This document shows positions 1-12,800 of a DNA stretch of 64,000 bases, in pieces. The stretch covers positions 46,190,001-46,254,000 of the forward strand of contig NC_043007.1 of NCBI RefSeq assembly GCF_006345805.1. The letters run 5' to 3'. Origin of the DNA: Octopus sinensis. Lineage: Eukaryota. Made by a program: the position numbers and the translations under genes. The notes beneath the pieces were generated by a model. The model was not told where the DNA came from, did no database searches, and was given only the letters and a program-made list of their open reading frames with translations. The stretch's first letter is position 1, and every line of letters begins with the position of its first letter.

Positions 1-1575
1 CAATGCATGAAGTTACCAAAGAAATAAATGTGAAATTTAGCTTAGAAAAATGTGCCGAAGCAACATTGAAATGAGGAAAACTAGTTAAGTGTAGCAACAT
101 CACACTGGATTATACAAATGAAATAAGAAAATTAGACTAAAGCCAGACGCATAACTACTTAAGAACGAATGAACTATATACGATAGAACACACACAAATG
201 AAAGAGAAAATAAGATAAAGATTATAGACGAGTTAAATATTAATACTGAAAACAGAGCTCAATGCGACAAATAAGATAATACGTATCAACACTCTAGCCG
301 TCCCAGTTATAAGTTACAGCGACAATATTCTTAACTGGACTCTAAATGAATTAATGAAAATAGACAGGAAAACAAAAAAATTAAATAATGACAGGATTAA
401 GGATACAGCACCCAAAATCTGACATAGAAAGGTTATATATGCAACGTATCGAAGGCCTTATACATGTAGAAAACTTTTACAAAATAACCACCATAGAACC
501 ACAAAAATACCTACTTCAGAAGCAAGGAAAGCTGATTCAAATAGCCACAAAACACGAACAAAACAAAACTGCAGTCTTTAAGGAAGCTGACAAATACAAA
601 AAAGGAGTCATACTACCTAACAAGTATGAAGAAAAACGAGAAACAAAATCTGTAAAAAAACTGAAACCCAAACTAAAACTGGAACAGCAACATATGGTGA
701 AACGATGGCAGTAAAAGTCCGTTCATGGCAAATACTGGATTTAAGTGAATAGAAACGATATAGACAAAGCAAAATCCTAACAGTGACTGAGAAGCTCAGG
801 ACTCAAAGAAGAGACTGAAGGATTTTTAATTGCGGCAGAAAATCAAAGGCTTCTCGCTAGAAATCAACAAAAACATGTAATGAATAGAAATACAACAAAT
901 AACTGCTGAATATGTGGAGATGGCGAAGAAGCAATACATCATATTGTCTCTGGTTTCCAAATCCTGGCTAAGAAGGAATATATTCACAGACACGACAGAG
1001 CTGAGACCTATATACACTGGCAGCTATGCCAACACTATGAAATAACTACAGACAAATGTGGTATAAGCGCACCCCAAAATGGTCACAGAAAATGAGAAAG
1101 CAACCATAATATGGGATATGCCAATACACGCAGATAGAGAAATAAAAGCTAATACGACAGATATAGTTGTCAAAGATCACCAAGGAAAAATGCTTTCTAA
1201 TCGATGCATCAGTACCAACAGATAACAATGTTTCTCTAAAAGAAACGGAGAAACTTTCAAAATACAAAGATCTGGAAAAAGAGGTAACTCGAATGTGTAA
1301 TCTAAAAGCAGAACCAATTCCTATCATATTAGGCGCATTAGGCATGATAAAAAAAAACATTCAGACAAATACATTACAAAACATCAGAACTAACAAGTAT
1401 ATATAACATACAGAAAATAGCATTACATTGCGTCGCACACATTTTGCGCAAAACACTTTCTGTACAGTAAAAACAAGAGCATCACAACAAATTACAAAAC
1501 AAACCCAAGGCACACAGATGCTCTCGGTAGTGCAGTGAAAGCACGTAATTAAGATAAGACTACTGAATAACAATC
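1..1575 (+). mobile_element. R4/Dong-like (RLE-type) non-LTR retrotransposon, 3' part, degenerate; runs off the window start
   Basis: Broken frames give the RT C-terminus (KFSLEKCA..., NTLAVPVISYS, HPKSDIERLY), a CCHC knuckle remnant (C*ICGDGEEAIHHIVSG) and an RLE domain (IWDMPIHADREIKAN..DIVVKD; FLIDASVP...EKLSKYKDL...PIILGALG). Many stops and frameshifts. Confidence 0.85.
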
Positions 1576-1586
1576 ATAATGGTACA

Positions 1587-1587
1587 A

Positions 1588-1685
<98 letters not shown>

Positions 1686-1778
1686 ACTACTACTACTACT
1701 ACTACTACTAATAATAATAATAACAATAACAATAATAATAATAATGACGATGACGATGATGATGATGAGGATGATCAT
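1587..1778. repeat. Compound trinucleotide microsatellite (CTA)n(CTG)n(CTA)n(ATA)n(TGA)n at the LINE 3' end
   Basis: Read directly; it produces the poly-L and poly-S track ORFs. Confidence 0.95.
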
Positions 1779-4616
1779 TGGAAGTGAAATAAGTAGTACT
1801 TTGATTGATGGACATATTAAAATCATCTTCCGTAGATAAACTCAACCGCCGAGTATGCGACCGGTAACATATTCTGTTGACAGTCAACGCATGTTGACTA
1901 AAAGCGGACCTCTCTTGAAAATAAACTGAGAATGAAAAATTATGTAATAGCATAACAGAAAGAATTTTGCTGGATGCTCTCTCCATTTTGCTAATAGCTT
2001 AGCGTTTACAAAATTTAATATGTCTCCACTGAAAACATAACATATTTATGCTATGTATCTATTATAAATGTCTAACATATTTAATATTTAACTGTTACTA
2101 TTGTACACTTTTAAATACTTTCATTCTTTTATATCAACTAAGCAGTAACAAATTATATTGAAGAAGCACCATATGTATTCACAGTAACTCAAGCTAAACA
2201 TAACTGAATTAAACGTGTGTTTATTAATTTATGGTGGAATTTAAAGCTTCTTACACAAATATATCTTTATACGTGCGCAAACGGGTATTTTAATAACGCA
2301 TCAATATACAGATATTAATTTGCAAAAGTAATGCACTTTACATCTTTATTTATTACTCGCTACATGGTATTCTCAGAAGATCGAAACTTTATAAGTGATA
2401 TTCCATAAACGAAAGGCGAGGGATGAAATATCTATGAGAATATTTGTTATTCTGTAAGAAATGTGAATATATTGAGTCGATTCGATAGTTCGGATATGTA
2501 AGTAACATATCGTTGTTAACTTTACACAAAATACAGTATTCTTGTTTAGTTTTAAATTACAAGTGATGTGCATTAGAATTTCTTTCGATGAAGTACTAGT
2601 ATCTGGAATATTTACAAAAGAAAATAGCGCTTTAAGGAGATGTTTGAATAATGATGCTATAAGATTTGCATAGTCTATTTTGTGTCAGTGTCTTCAGCAA
2701 TGTACACTATCAACTAGAGATACGAACACGCCATTTATTGAAATAGTTTTCAAAACACCTGCTATCAATTGTTGTCCATCTCTTATGCAATTACTTACAA
2801 ACACTTATAGAATTCCTCTCACCCGTCCCTGTATATCTTATAAAATCCAACACATATCGTTATCCGTAAAAATAATTCATATTTAAATAAACTAACAATA
2901 GTGCCTTGATAAGAAAAATTGAAATGACATAGTTTTGTTTATTCATTGTATCTCGTTTACATTTCCAAATTCTTCCGTTTCTATAAATTTGAATCCACTT
3001 CAGAAATCCAAGTGACATATGAAATATTCTTTGTTTCTGAGTTTCAAAGCTGAAGTACCGAACTTCTTCAGTTCTGTGAACTTTTGGAGCCAGAACTGTT
3101 AATTATACTATTGATGCATGTAATCCTTGTCATTTTTATTGCAGTAAATTCTGAAGTCTATTCATATTGTATGTCTTGAGATAAAAGCCAACAGAATTTT
3201 AAATATCTGGCACTGCTGAAAACAGGTTGGGTTTGTGAATGAACAATACCTCATAATAACAGTTATTATGAGGTGTACGTAATTTAAAGTAGTGTTTCGT
3301 AGCGCAATAACAGACTCCTGCGCACATGGATTTTCCTTCTATTTGTGGTTATTTATGTGATCTTGTTGAAAAATATATATTAGTGACAGAAACAGTACGA
3401 ATACCGAGAAGTAATATTTATTTCCACATAAACGCGGGCGGTAGATGCCATGAGAGAAAATATCATATTAGATTTTGGTGCAAAATGCACTCGTATATAT
3501 CACTAGCGGCAAAATAAATCCCCGTCATCTCCGGTACCTAGAGCAACATATCACGTGATTTCAACCTTCCTTGGTTTTGTCAATGATAGAGGCTCGGACG
3601 CTAGAGAGAGCAGCAACTTAGCACCCCCCCCCAGCGATATATAGAATAGCTGTGACAGAACGGGCTCTGATGTCGTGCTTAACCAGTGAGTTTGCTATAA
3701 ATATATATTAGCGATAAAGGCAGTATTAATAGTGAAAGGTAATATTAATCCACACTTAAATGCGGATGTTCTGTCAGAATGAACTATACTGCAACAAGTT
3801 CCACGAGAGAACACACATATTAGCTTTTAGTGTAAAATGTACACTTCTTTATATCGGTAGCGGTCAGATAATTCTCATCTCCCTCCGGTGCATTTTGTAA
3901 CAGCGCGTGTTCTGGCACATATTCTGGCCTGGCCTCGAGATAAGTCATTGTCATGTCTAGCTGTCGAGCGTCCATCAGTGACAAGGCAAAGGAGGTGTAA
4001 ACCGGATCATCTGGTGATCAGGATGATGGAGGTTGCGGGAATATATAAGGAGCCTGCACTTTATTACAAAAAACAACATGAGCGTTTCTCTCTTGGTATC
4101 TACTGCAGTATAGATTGTTCTAATAGAAAATTGACGTTTAAGTGGGGATAAATATTACCTCTTTTTTCAGTGATATTGAAATGAAATTTTTTTCTGTCGT
4201 CAAAAGTTAAAAATGAATTGTAAAATCAAATTCCGTCGATTTTAGTGATGTTCAAATCAAAATGAAACATCCCGCCTCTCACTGAAACATTCTGTTGTGA
4301 AAAACGGTTTGTCTTTTTGATAAAACAGTTGGTGGCATTTCTATAGAACATAGTCGGAAATTATCTAGTGGTCTCCTAGGTGATCAACCAAACAACGTAT
4401 ATCAAACTTTTCAACACGAGTAATTTCTTATCGGTTTTGCCTCAAGTAATGGTCACAGCTCATTGTTTGAGATCTGAACATTCACAGCAGTAACGTCTCT
4501 CTTCACAAACCTGTTAAATCAGGCAAGAACACCAGTATACATTAGCAATAGTGACAGACTGGATTTTCGTCGATGTTTTGCATAGAACTTCCTTGAATAA
4601 ATGTTCACATTTTTTC

Positions 4617-4680
4617 TATGTATGTATGTATGTATGTATGTATGTATGTATGTATGTATGTATGTATGCATGCATGTATA
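4617..4680. repeat. (TATG)n microsatellite
   Basis: Read directly. Confidence 0.9.
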
Positions 4681-5044
4681 TATGCATATTTGCAAATATT
4701 ACTGTATGCGTATGTATATCTGTGTGTGGGTATGTATTTCTATATGTATCTCTGTATTAATGTATGCATCTACCACATCTTTTTATCTATAGTTCTCACT
4801 CTCACTCGTATATATACATACATACATACATGCAATTATAGTGTCTCTAGATTGCTCAGTCACTTGCACGTTAATTTCACGTGTAGGCTGTTCCGTTGAT
4901 CGAATCGACGTCGTACCCGATGGAATACCAGTCATATATACACATCACATCATATATACATACACACGTCCAGACCTCTCATACGCACTAATACTCTCTC
5001 ATACACACACACACACTCTTCTCATACACACACACACACACTCT

Positions 5045-5345
5045 TATGTTGGAGCAAGGTCATTCAACCCTATTATCTCCCCTAATTTCGCTCTTGCGTC
5101 TCATGTTTGATCTTTGACTTCTGGCCGAAATCAGATCGCCATGTTGATTCGCTAGCTTCTGCACGCATATTTTTTTCTCTCCTTCTTTCTGTGTTGTTTT
5201 CTCTGTGTATCTTTCTGTTGAAGAGCGTAGGCTCGAAACGTTAAAGACTTGTTTTATTTATATTTCCTGAGCGCCATACTAATACAATTGTTTGTTTGTA
5301 TTCCACCTGCCTTCGTCTTTTGTCTATTTTCATAAAGCTTCCTGT
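5045..5345 (+). mobile_element. Penelope-like terminal (pLTR-type) repeat carrying a hammerhead-like motif
   Basis: Non-coding segment containing CTGTTGA-hairpin-GAAACGTT, bounded by microsatellites. PLE terminal repeats are known to carry minimal hammerheads; the assignment rests on that motif. Confidence 0.5.
5210..5247 (+). ncRNA. Minimal type I hammerhead-like motif with CUGUUGA core variant
   Basis: tcttt-CTGTTGA-a-gagc(gtag)gctc-GAAA-CGTT-aaaga: stem I 5 bp, stem II 4 bp, palindromic AACGTT stem III; A6 is replaced by U. Confidence 0.55.
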
Positions 5346-5366
5346 TATATATATATATATATATAT

Positions 5367-5522
5367 AGGCGCACAGAAGTGGCTGTGTGGTAAGAAGCTT
5401 GCTCCCCACCCACCACATGGTTTCAGATTCAGTTCCAATGCATGGCACATTGGACAAGTGCTTCGGTCCGACCAAAACCTTCTGAATAGATTTGGATGAC
5501 GGAAACTGAATGAAGCCCGTCT
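5367..5522 (+). mobile_element. tRNA-derived SINE family B, 5' half
   Basis: Box A-like TGGCTGTGTGGTA and box B-like; homologous to the full copy at 41907-42323. Confidence 0.8.
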
Positions 5523-5690
<168 letters not shown>

Positions 5691-5734
5691 TTTTCACGCA
5701 CTGTAAAGCCGCTCGACAGAGATTGACTTAGTAC

Positions 5735-5935
5735 TCTGCTGTGCATGAGCACTAAATTTTCATGTTCTACATTATTTCCGCTCATTACACCAGTGCTTGG
5801 AATGAAGGTTTGTAGCGTGTGATCGTCGCAATGACTATGACAGTGAAAGTTGAGCACAGAATCTGCATAAAAGTTTGCCAAACGCTTGGCGATATCTGCG
5901 CAGAGGCTTACGCAAACTTTTCAAATGTTTTTCAT
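5735..5935 (+). mobile_element. mariner transposon 5' fragment
   Basis: Encodes MTVKVEHRICIKVCQTLGDICAEAYANF, resembling the mariner N-terminal HTH (EQRICIKFC..LG); homologous to the inverted copy at 5935-6530. Confidence 0.65.
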
Positions 5936-6530
5936 CGTTCATGACATAATGAAGGGGATCTTGTGCAATTGAAACTCGAGTGTCTTATTGGTGAGCTGAA
6001 ATCAGTTTTGGCACAAACTGGCAGACATACCCAATTATTCTGTGATAATGAACTGAACTGAAACGTCACTAACCTGCACACCGTCTGATAACCCATAGAT
6101 GGAGATTCGACGATTTCCTCTCACAGCTACATGTACATGTGCAATGTTTTTCTCAGTTCTGCTGGTTGCGGATCTCCCAGAACGTCCGTCACTATCGCCA
6201 TTTTTCGGCCATCTTGGAAACGTCTGAACCCCTCGTACTCATATGTGCTGTTCATACACTCCTCTCTAAACATTCTCTACAACTTTGCGTAGGCCTTTGA
6301 GCAGGAATCGCCATAACAACTTTCTCAGTTATGGTCAATACGACGATCATGCGCCACACGTCTTCATTCCAAGCATTGCTGTAAACTGCGGAAGTGAGCT
6401 AGAACATTAAAACTTAATGTTCTCATACAGCAACTTTCAGGATCAATCTGTACCAAGCAGCTTCATTCTAGGTTCTTTAACTTCGTTACTATGCTAACAG
6501 TGCGGGTACTTATCGATCAAGCCTAGTATA
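5935..6530 (-). mobile_element. mariner transposon 5' half with TIR-like end, degenerate
   Basis: The reverse complement begins TA-tactaggcttgatcgataagtaccc (TIR-like), followed by a leader and HTH/linker-coding remnants (cagacgtttccaagatggccg...ggacgttctgggagatccgcaacc). Confidence 0.65.
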
Positions 6531-6673
6531 CAATATATTCCTGGACTACGCAAATTTCACCAACCAGATTGTATACTCATACACATCCACAAATTGATTC
6601 ACACATACATACCATACACACATATATGTATATATCTAAATGTATGTATTGATCTATTATCCATTTATCTAAC

Positions 6674-6723
<50 letters not shown>

Positions 6724-7043
6724 CATATATAAATGACATATATATATAATTTATTTGTATGTGTTATATTAGCGTTCCTGTTAACAATCAGCATATGAAT
6801 TACTACAATCCAACACAGAGACATTTATATAGAAAAAGATAAATCCTTGAACCATATCAAATAGAATGTTAAATATAATCGCATGAAAAATCAGTGAACA
6901 AAATTCGATATTCAACATGTAATTTATATTGTGCTAGCGGAATCCATTTTATCCCTAATCTATTTATCACGACATAAGGCTTCATAGAGGTATTTGCCTA
7001 ATAAGTACGTTATTCATTTCCATGTGTTTAAAAACAACGCACA

Positions 7044-7089
<46 letters not shown>

Positions 7090-7809
7090 ATATACATTCA
7101 TACATACACACGCACCCCCACACACAAAAGACTAATAAGGAAAGGAATTCAGATCATATTTTGATTCACGCTGTTCAAACGATACAGTCTTCAGCAATTT
7201 TCTGATAATGTTCATTTAATAAAAAAATAATGCTCAATAAGATTAGAATCACTTCTAATGCAAAGCCTCAATAGACGTTACAAGTCAAAATATTTCACGG
7301 TGTATATGACGATTATCATATGCTACAATATATACTGCTGTTATTTAAAACATTGTGCTTTGGATAGCAATATGAAAAATGCCCCAAGGTGTTTTTTATC
7401 GTTGCTGTTATCGATGTTGTTGGTGCTGGTGGTGTTGTTGTTGGTTGCTATCGTTATTGGTGATGCTGCTTGTTTAACTTTAAGTTAGCTCAGAAAGTGT
7501 TAAAATCCGTGAACGACTCTTCCTATTTGCATCCATCTTCTATTGTTTCCAAGACATAATTCTACGGGAGACAAAAGAATGCAATGTGTACTTTCTTCGG
7601 AAAGATATTGAAGTTTGATTTCAAGAAAATCTACGAGTTGATTGCTCTGCGTCAGTCCTACGTGTTCAAGCTGTTATTGGTGTTTAAAAGATGAAAACAT
7701 GGAGTCAAGGAGTTTGTGATACAATACAATTACATGACTAGTAGCATATCTAATGCTCCCTATGTTAAGTATAGCAAGGTTACGTGCGAATTTGAAAAAC
7801 AAAATACTG

Positions 7810-8195
7810 CCGTTGGTTGGCAGTTACCGGTTACACCATGCGGAAGTGTTTTCTGCCATAGCCTCGGCCGACCAAATCCTCCTAGGTGGATCTGATAGAC
7901 GGAAACTGAAAGAAGCCCATCTTATATATATATGTGTGTGTGTGTTTTTGTGTAAACGCGTACGGGTGTATGCGCGCGCATGTGTATTTGTGTTGGTTTG
8001 TCCCCCATTACCGCTTGATCAAATGTATCGATTTGTTTTCTTCCCCACAACCTAGCGGTTCGACAAATGAGAACGCTAGGATAAATACCAGGCTTTAGAA
8101 AAATGTATCGATGACGATTTGTTCGACAAAAATCTCCTGAAGGTGGTGCCCTAGGTGGCCGCAGTCTCATGCGTGAAACACGTAGCTGATAAAAG
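7810..8195 (+). mobile_element. SINE family B, degenerate
   Basis: Shares ggccgaccaaa, agacggaaactgaaagaagccc, a central (TG)n and the ggtggtgcc...ggccgcagtc tail with 41907-42323. Confidence 0.7.
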
Positions 8196-8944
8196 ATAAT
8201 AAAAACACGATACAGTTTACCCCGGGGATTTCTGTTTCTGGAAATTACAAAGATATTTAGATGAAAGGGAAATTATAACAATGTCTTCACTGGATAGTTT
8301 TTCTTGTACAAGTCGATGTCATTCTGTCTGTTAGTCTCTGGCTTCTTTCCTGATTGATGATACCAAACCTGGAACACAGGGGTGACTAATGTTTAAGAAG
8401 TCAAATAGTCGTTGATGATCGATTGGCTTTTTTTCCCTATCACATGGATTGTTCCCTTTATGATACTAAGGTACTCTTTGCGAGACAATCAATCAATTTG
8501 ACAAGCTTCAATTGTGCCCAAGTAGTGTAGCAGGCTTACAATACATTCTCAATTTAGTTTTTATGCATCTATATGTCTCAGTCATGGAATCGTTGGCCAT
8601 CCGCAAGTTCCGCACATGGGACTATTTCAAGCAGCATATATTTTTGCATCCAAAAGACGTGTTTCTACCAAATTACAACCGTACAATCTGAACTAATGCA
8701 TTCAGACAATGACCTCACTCTAGAAATGAGTATCAGATTACTTTCTGTAAACAATTCCCAAAACAAAAATATCCTGGATTCCTTAAACCAGTGGTGAACT
8801 TATCTCAGTTTTACTGATATAATTTATTCCGTACTAGTACTTACCATGGGGAAGATTTCCGATTTTACAAAGATGTACCTTTCTATCCCACAGATGTGAC
8901 TGTGTAAGACGTTTGCTTTCCCGCTACATGTTTTCGCGTTTAGT

Positions 8945-9305
8945 CCCACTGCCGTAAAACTTTGGGCAAATGTCTTCTACTCTGTCATCGAGGCAACCAA
9001 AGCCCTGAGAGCGAATTTAGCCGGACACTAAAAGAAACCCGCCGTAAATAGATAAATATATATATATATTATGTATTATGTGTGTGAGTGTGTGTGTGTT
9101 TGTGCATCTTTGTGTTTGAGCTTGTCGCCTGTCACCATTTGACAACAGGTTTTGGTTTGTTTATCTCTCTGTATCTAAACGGCTTGGCATAAAACACTGA
9201 TTCAACAATGAATACTCTATAAAAATAAGTTTTGGTGTCGATCAAAATTTGTCAAGATTGTGTCCCAGCATGATCGCAGTCTAATAACCGACGCAAGGAG
9301 AAAAC
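8945..9305 (+). mobile_element. SINE family B, highly degenerate
   Basis: ttgggcaaatgtcttctact, aaagaaacccgccg and cccagcatgatcgcagtc motifs occur in the expected order. Confidence 0.6.
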
Positions 9306-9957
9306 GAAAGATTAAGAGAATTTCCAGTTTTCAAAAAGAAATAAGAGACTTTTAAAAATTTATGCTGTCATTTTTATGATCTCAGTGGAAGGGTTTTCTC
9401 ACAAAAGCTGGTGTCCTCTCACACCCAATGTGAACCATGTTCGTCACGGTTATCCATCTATGTTATTCAGCTTCAAAGCATGCATTACTTCACCCATCCT
9501 GGAAGCACAATCTCTGATTCGAGACAAATGAATGTAGAAATTGAAAACCCCAAAAATATTTTTCTTTATTCGGTCCTCTAGGAAAGAAAATATTTCACAA
9601 TCAGATCAGAAAGATTCGACATCCCAGAAAATGGAAGATATACGACGCATTTTGATTAACCAACCTTTCGTAAGTTTGCGAGACATGAACTAAATATTGT
9701 TCGTCATGTAGAGATTCTGGACTCAGTTCACGTTCGCTCCACTCATTGTTGGATAACAGAGAAGTAAAGATCTGTTACACATATATCCCGACGGGATGGA
9801 ATACGACTACAAGATCTTACGGTTATACTTTTTGCCTCAACATATAATCGAAATGCAAGCCTGCACACTGACTAGAATATATATATAGGGGGAAATTGCT
9901 GATTGTTGACGATTCTATGCCGTAGAAATAGCAGTTTAAAATTCTATGACGTAGAAA

Positions 9958-10174
9958 GAATGATTTCAAATGTTTGTACAAGGCCAGCAAGTTCGGGGGA
10001 TATAGTTAGTTGAGTACATCGACCACAGTACACAACTGGTACTTATTTTATCGATCCCAAAAGGATGAAAGACAAAGTCAACCCCGGTGGCGTTTGAACT
10101 CACAAATTAAAGTCGGAAAAATTGCCGCTAAGAATTTTACCTGATGCGTTATGATTCTGCCACATCGTCGCCTT
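9958..10174 (-). mobile_element. tRNA-derived SINE family A, old copy
   Basis: The reverse complement has box B GAGTTCAAAC and the gactttgtctttcatcc...cgataaaataagtaccag core. Confidence 0.7.
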
Positions 10175-10422
10175 GTGACGTAGAAATAGTGCCACAAACT
10201 GGAAGTATTCCACGATGAATTACAAGAAATGTCTTCATCATTTCCTATACAGATTTGTTGACTTGGAAAGACTCTACCCTGTTTAATATTTCTCAAAATA
10301 AATTTTCTTTCGTGAATGACCAGTTATATTATCCGGTGATGTACAAATAGAACAGGCTTCCTGAAATAGCACATTTCAGTCTGTAAAAAAGTACTGGAAA
10401 TTATTAGAATAATGATTTAAAA

Positions 10423-10626
10423 TTTTGGCACAAGTCTACCAAGTTCAGGGTGGGGTGTAAGCCGGTTACATCGACTGCAGTTGTCAACTGATGCTTATTT
10501 TATCGAACCCGAAAGTATACAAAGCAATATCGGCCGCGGTGGAATTTGAACTCAGAAGTAAAGACAAATGAGATGAGGGTAAGCATTTTGCGCGGCGTGG
10601 TAACGATTCTACCAAGATCGCTGCAT
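10423..10626 (-). mobile_element. SINE family A, old copy
   Basis: Box B GAGTTCAAATTCC on the minus strand; same core and aaattttggcacaag tail. Confidence 0.7.
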
Positions 10627-10646
10627 TTGGAAAGTATTCTAATAAT

Positions 10647-11040
10647 CCTTTCTACTAGAGGCGAAAGGCCTGAAATTTTGGCGAGGAGGAGCAGTCGATT
10701 AAATCGACCCCAGTGTTTCACTGGTACTTCATTTGCTGATCCGAAAGGCTGAAAGGCAAAGTCGACCTCGGCGGAATTTGAACTCAGAATGTAGCTGCAG
10801 ACGAAACACCTATTTCTTTAGTATCCGCAAGGGCTAAACACAGACAAGACAAACATGGACAGAAAAACGGATTAAGTCCATTACATTGATCCCAGTGCGT
10901 AACTGGTACTTAATTTATTGACCCCGAAAGGTTGAAAGGCAAAGTCGACCTCGGAGGAATTTGAAGTCAGGACGTAACGGCAGACGAAATACGGCTACGT
11001 ATTTCGTCTGGCGTGCTAACGTTTCTGCCAGCTCGCCACC
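10647..11040 (-). mobile_element. Dimeric SINE family A (~395 bp) with 20-bp TSD
   Basis: Two tandem box B + core modules joined by ...aaagaaataggt; flanked by TTGGAAAGTATTCT(A/C)ATAAT at 10627-10646 and 11041-11060. Confidence 0.85.
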
Positions 11041-11356
11041 TTGGAAAGTATTCTCATAATAAAATGAGTTTGAAATGATTGGCACAATTGTACGGCTGAT
11101 TAAAATTTCTTGAAAATATAGAGCTGTAAAACACTGTAATGAAGTTTGAGAAGTCGATTTAGCTTGAAATCCTTAGAAATAAACAACTGACGGAGAAATT
11201 TTATTCAGCCTCGACAGCATGTCGGCTAGCCTTTGAAAGTAAAACAGCGGAAATGGAAACTCATAAAATCTCTGCTAGAAATACTCGTGGATTCGAAAGT
11301 GTGATAGTTCTACTGTTGTATGTTTTCTATACAAAAACATTAAATAATTTTTTTCT

Positions 11357-11650
11357 GGCGGTGAGCTGGCAGAATAATTAGCACGCTGGCCGAAATGCCG
11401 GGCGGAAATGCGGTCATTTTTACTTTCTGAGTTCAAATTCCACCGAGGCCGACTTTATCATAAGGCAGAATTGTTAGCATACAGATTGAAATGCTTAGTG
11501 GCATTTCGTCATCTCACGCTGTGAGTTCAAATTCAACCGACGTAAAATTTGGCAATAAGGAGACTTTTCGCCCTTTCGACTTCGATGAATAAGTACCAGT
11601 TGATTACCGGGATCATTGTAATCCATCCTCGCAAATCACTAGTCTTTTGC
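11357..11650 (+). mobile_element. Two nested or adjacent SINE A fragments
   Basis: GGCGGTGAGCTGGCAGAA head and two GAGTTCAAATTC box B motifs. Confidence 0.7.
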
Positions 11651-11999
11651 CAAAATTCTATTGGTTTTTTTTCTTCTTTTTTTTTTGCATATTTTCCTAC
11701 AATTTCGACCAATTATTTTCTTAGACAAATATCAATAAAATATTGCAGTATTTCTCCTTTTAATTTTAGTGTTATTATTCTCATATAATTTTATTATACT
11801 GACATTCTAATTCGTTTTAACTTTAGTTGTCCTCTTACTTTATTACCGTATTCTATACAATCGGCGCAGTAAAATAAAAATTAATCAAATTTTCTTTAAA
11901 AAATGACATTTAGTATATATGCTTAGTTTTCCATTATTGAAACTAAAACAAATTACCACTGAAACAAAAATGCTACTGAAATAATATTGATTTCTAATT

Positions 12000-12420
12000 T
12001 TGGCACAAGACCAATACTATCGAGATTGGTGTTTCAGCTGTTGAAACTGTTTTTGTCTGCCCATTACTTGACTTGATGTAGAGAATCCTCTTTTCTCTAC
12101 TTCATTTAATGATGGAATCTCAACATTTAAGATATCCTCTAACTGGCTGAATGTTACATTCATTTTTCCGCAGTAAAATGATGGTGCTTTGTTTGTCTGT
12201 CTAGCATATCTTTAGCATTATTCTTTGGAACCACGTCTCTGTGGTATTGATAAAGCCGTGCACTTGTCTGTGTGGGTTCCAGGTCAGATAGCCATAAATA
12301 ATGACAACATTGTTATGTTTAAGAACATAGTGCAATAGACCAGGTGCGCTGGACACCGTTCCTATCAACTGTGATGTTTGGTTGGACAGTTATATTCGCT
12401 AAATATGTAATCCAAAATTC
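12000..12420 (-). mobile_element. RTE-like LINE remnant (RT C-terminal region)
   Basis: Minus strand reads IIYGYLTWN (cf. LLYGCETWT) and INTTETWFQRIMLKIC*TDK (cf. E.WF.RRMLKISWTDK); broken. Confidence 0.5.
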
Positions 12421-12644
12421 TTGCCGATGAAAGTCAAATACCACGAAATGTCAGTGAATTTTGAATCCCATCTACCACTCTTCAATTTGTTGTAAATATT
12501 ATAAATTGATGTTATTAATGGCATGTGGTAGCGGGTTTTCAAGACACATCGTTATGAACAACAAATTAATTAATTTCTTAATATATTTAAAGCACATTGC
12601 AGGAAATGTTTCCCTAGATATATATGCATGTATATACATATATA

Positions 12645-12800
12645 TATTATTTCGACTGTCGTTACGTTCTGAGTTCAAATTCCGCCGAGGTTGACTTTGC
12701 CTTTCATCCTTTCGGGGTCGATAAATTAAATACCAGATACAAACTGGGGTCGATGTAATCGACTTGATCCGTTTGTCTGTCCTTGTTTGCCCCCTCTGTG
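12645..12800 (+). mobile_element. SINE family A, 5'-truncated
   Basis: ttctgagttcaaattccgccgaggttgactttgcctttcatcctttcggggtcgataaattaa...ccgtttgtctgtccttgtttg. Confidence 0.8.

Noticed and set aside
1560-1986. Poly-Leu and poly-Ser ORFs, and the many YI/CV/HT-repeat ORFs throughout the window
   Set aside because: They are translations of microsatellites that lack stop codons.
2340-3110. Minus-strand coding-like stretches (e.g. MNKQNYVISIFLIKALLLVYL; HKIDYANLIASLFKHLL...)
   Set aside because: Short frames broken by stops, no family motif I recognise and no convincing splice chain. TBLASTX would be needed.
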